Positions 61,296 through 64,000 of a stretch of DNA of 64,000 nt are shown here, piece after piece; the stretch's first letter is position 1, and the number at the start of each line of letters is the position of its first letter. Origin of the DNA: Vicugna vicugna (taxonomy: Eukaryota); the NCBI GenBank assembly GCA_013265495.1, contig MU058584.1, positions 4,842,508-4,906,507 on the forward strand, given 5' to 3'. Below the pieces are notes generated by a model, which saw only the letters and a program-made list of their open reading frames with translations, had not been told where the DNA came from and ran no database searches. Position numbers and translations under genes: made by a program.

Positions 61296-62619
61296 AGGTC
61301 GAAGTAGAACTGTGAATTGACCACTGCCATACTTGTTTCTTCAATGGGTTGTGTGGATTGCGTGGCAAAGGGTATGGAATCATGGGTATGGAATCTCTTC
61401 TCTGAGCGTGGTTCTGGGGCTTCCTCAGCTTCTTAGCTTTACATGTCAAGTAGTTCTCAAGAGATCATTTTACTTCAATCTTCTCAGGGATAGAAGTGAC
61501 TAAGAAGGGATAGTGTGTAACTAGAAATTTATGAGAAAGAGTGGGTGGGAGGGAAGAGTGCTGACTTGACTCTGTAATGGAAAGGACCCCTACCCATCAG
61601 CAACGCTCTGAGCTGTGGGGATAAGCTGGGGGGCTATATCGGTAGGTATAGAGTAAGAGATGACCTGGTTGACCTTGGGTATTGACCAGCCTATTGCAAT
61701 GGAATGGCTGGAGACCACAGGTTTAGATGTAAAAAATTCCATTTGCAGTAAGTGAACCTAATCCTTGACATATTTGTGTTCTTTCTGGGAAGATGGAAAG
61801 TTCTTTGTCACAACAAAGATATCCTGGTGGTGACACATGCAGAATAGAAATCAGATTCATGACTTTTGGTTCCTGCTTTACACTGGGACTAGCATTGGAC
61901 AAATCAAATGAGCAAGAGAAAGGAGGGCTTCTGTTTCCCTTCCATAAAACCATCTCTTACACAATTAGTGTGAGAGTTCAGGTCGGGAGATCTGTAATAA
62001 ATTGTCACCAGAAGGCCTCATTATGTTGAGAAAAAGAGAAAAAGCCCTGCAAAAGATGGCACTTGGAATGAGAACAAACTTTCTGGGCAATTAAATGGTA
62101 GGAAACTCAGCATTTTAACCAATTATTTCTGTCCTAGTCTGTCATTAAGCTATGGAACTTCCTCATCAAGCTATTAATAACTCAGATGACACATATTGAT
62201 CCAAAAGGGGACACAGGGGCTTACAGAACACCCCTTTGACCACCCAGCTCTGTGGAAATAGTTTTCTAAACTTCCAGAGGACCTTGTAAGTGTCACATCC
62301 TAACTCATCACTTCTTACCCTACTGATAACATTCGATGCTGTTGACTATGACTTTCTGTTCCAAGCCCCTTTCTCCTTTGAATCTGGTGACCGGTCTCTC
62401 TTCTGGTCTCCATATAAATTAAAATAATTTAAAAAAAGCATCAAAACTGCCTCTAGATCCAGCAAGAAGCCAGTTCTCAGGTGTTACTCCCGGCTGCGAA
62501 GGGTGAGGAGGAAGTGGTGGCCTTGTCTCAACTTGATCTGCGGTGGCAAATGGAGTGAGCATGAGTCACTCCAAACCCTATCTGCACTTCATCTGGCACC
62601 TTGCTCGTGGAGATGCGTG

Positions 62620-62817
62620 TTGTGTAATGGTACAGAGCCAGACAGCCTGGGCACACGAGCTGTTCAGTCTCTCAGTTCCCTCATCTGTGAAATGAGGGCG
62701 GGGAGAAGATTACAGCACTTACCTCATTGGGTTGTTGTGCCAGTTAAATCAACTAACACCTGTTAAGCACTTAGAACAATGCCTGGCACATTTGGTAAGT
62801 AATCAGTAAGTATTTTT
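62620..62817 (+). mobile_element. MIR SINE
   Basis: 'ctcagttccctcatctgtgaaatg...acctcattgggttgttgtg...aagcacttagaacaatgcctggcaca'. Confidence 0.85.
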
Positions 62818-62823
62818 TTATTA

Positions 62824-62870
<47 letters not shown>
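62818..62870. repeat. (TTA)n microsatellite
   Basis: read directly. Confidence 0.95.
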
Positions 62871-62871
<1 letters not shown>

Positions 62872-62877
62872 ACATAA

Positions 62878-63510
62878 GTCATATTTTTTCTCTGTGAGCT
62901 ACCATAAGATCTTGTGTACATTTCCCTGTGCTATACAGTATAATCTTGTTTATCTATTCTACAATTTTGAAATCCCGTCTATCCCTTCCCACCCTCTGCC
63001 CCCTTGGCAACCACAAGTTTGTATTCTATGTCTATGAGTCTGTTTCTGTTTTGTATTTATACTTTGTTTGTTTGTTTTTGTTTTTGCTTTTAGATTCCAC
63101 ATGTAAGCGATCTCATATGGTATTTTTCTTTCTCTTTCTGGCTTACTTCACTTAGGATGACATTCTCCAGAAGCATCCATATTGCTGCAAATGGCGTTAT
63201 GTTGTCGATTTTTATGGCTGAGTAGTATTCCTTTGTATAAATATACCACATCTTTATCCAGTCATCTGTTGATGGACATTTAGGCTGTCACCATGTCTTG
63301 GCTATTGTAAATAGTGCTGCTATGAACATTGGGGTGCAGGTGTCATCCTGAAGTAGGGTTCCTTATGGATATATGCCCAGGAGCAGGATTCCTGGGTCAT
63401 ACGGTAAGTCTATTCCTAGTCTTTTGAGGAATCTCCATACTGTTTTCCACAGTGGCTGCACCAAACTGCATTCCCACCAGCAGTGTAGGAGGGTTCCCCT
63501 TTCTCCACCA
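62878..63510 (-). mobile_element. young camelid-type L1 fragment, same family as 25392-26123
   Basis: ORF2 peptide [47 protein letters not shown]; 3' UTR aligns with 25520-26123. Confidence 0.95.
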
Positions 63511-64000
63511 GGCTTCTGAGTTTCTGATCTAAGAAACTGGGTAAGGCAACTATTTCCCAGAGGGACAGGCAATTTGTAATGATTTGTGACAACAGATGCC
63601 AAGGTTAACATAGCAGATGAACACCCACAAGCAAACATCTCACCTTATTCTAGCCAGACAATCCAATATCTTTCTGGAGCACACTCTTCTTCCGAGAAGG
63701 AAATCAAAGCACAAAGAGCTTCACTTTCTTCTCCTGACCCTACACACCTTCTGTGTGGTAGGTTCTAACTGTCATTTAATGAAAAGCTCTGTAGCCAGAG
63801 GGAAAACAGGCAGAGAAAACAGCCCTAATAATCCGTGTAGTTTTGATTGACACATCCTAACAGTAATGGACAGCATAGAGTAGAGTAATATTGAATTCCT
63901 ATTACTTATCACTTGTACTATGGTTAAAGTGTCGTTTCCAACACTGATGCCCCATTATTTCCCATTCTCTCTACTACAAGAATGGTTATCTATATTTAAG

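Noticed and set aside
1..64000. ORFs of 60-168 aa as host protein-coding genes
   Set aside because: None resembles a protein I recognise except L1 ORF2 and ERVL remnants; many start at non-ATG codons, overlap repeats and lack a coherent exon chain.

Overview
Mammalian, repeat-rich, apparently non-coding DNA (intronic or intergenic). It is most likely camelid, judging from three vic-1-type tRNA-derived SINEs and the L1 3' UTR types. I recognise no host protein-coding gene: the ORFs supplied are chance frames or decayed L1 ORF2 and ERVL pol/dUTPase pieces. Much of the window is identifiable transposon relic: many MIR and L2 fragments, L1s of several ages (three with clear TSDs), four ERV1-class solo LTRs, two MLT1 LTRs, an LTR16, a collapsed ERVL provirus and hAT MITEs (MER5, MER20, MER33). 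The most notable signals are: (1) a perfect 46-bp-arm inverted repeat with a 4-nt loop at 38287-38382; (2) a solo LTR with an overlapping GAS+ISRE, two CCAAT boxes, an octamer and a TATA box (21861-22257); (3) two same-family LTRs in inverted orientation about 1.2 kb apart; (4) dense motif clusters in unique sequence (RFX/E-box/AP-1, triple octamer, two CTCF-like sites); (5) a few orphan exon-like segments. Repeat family names come from remembered consensus features, not a database search, and boundaries of old repeats are approximate.
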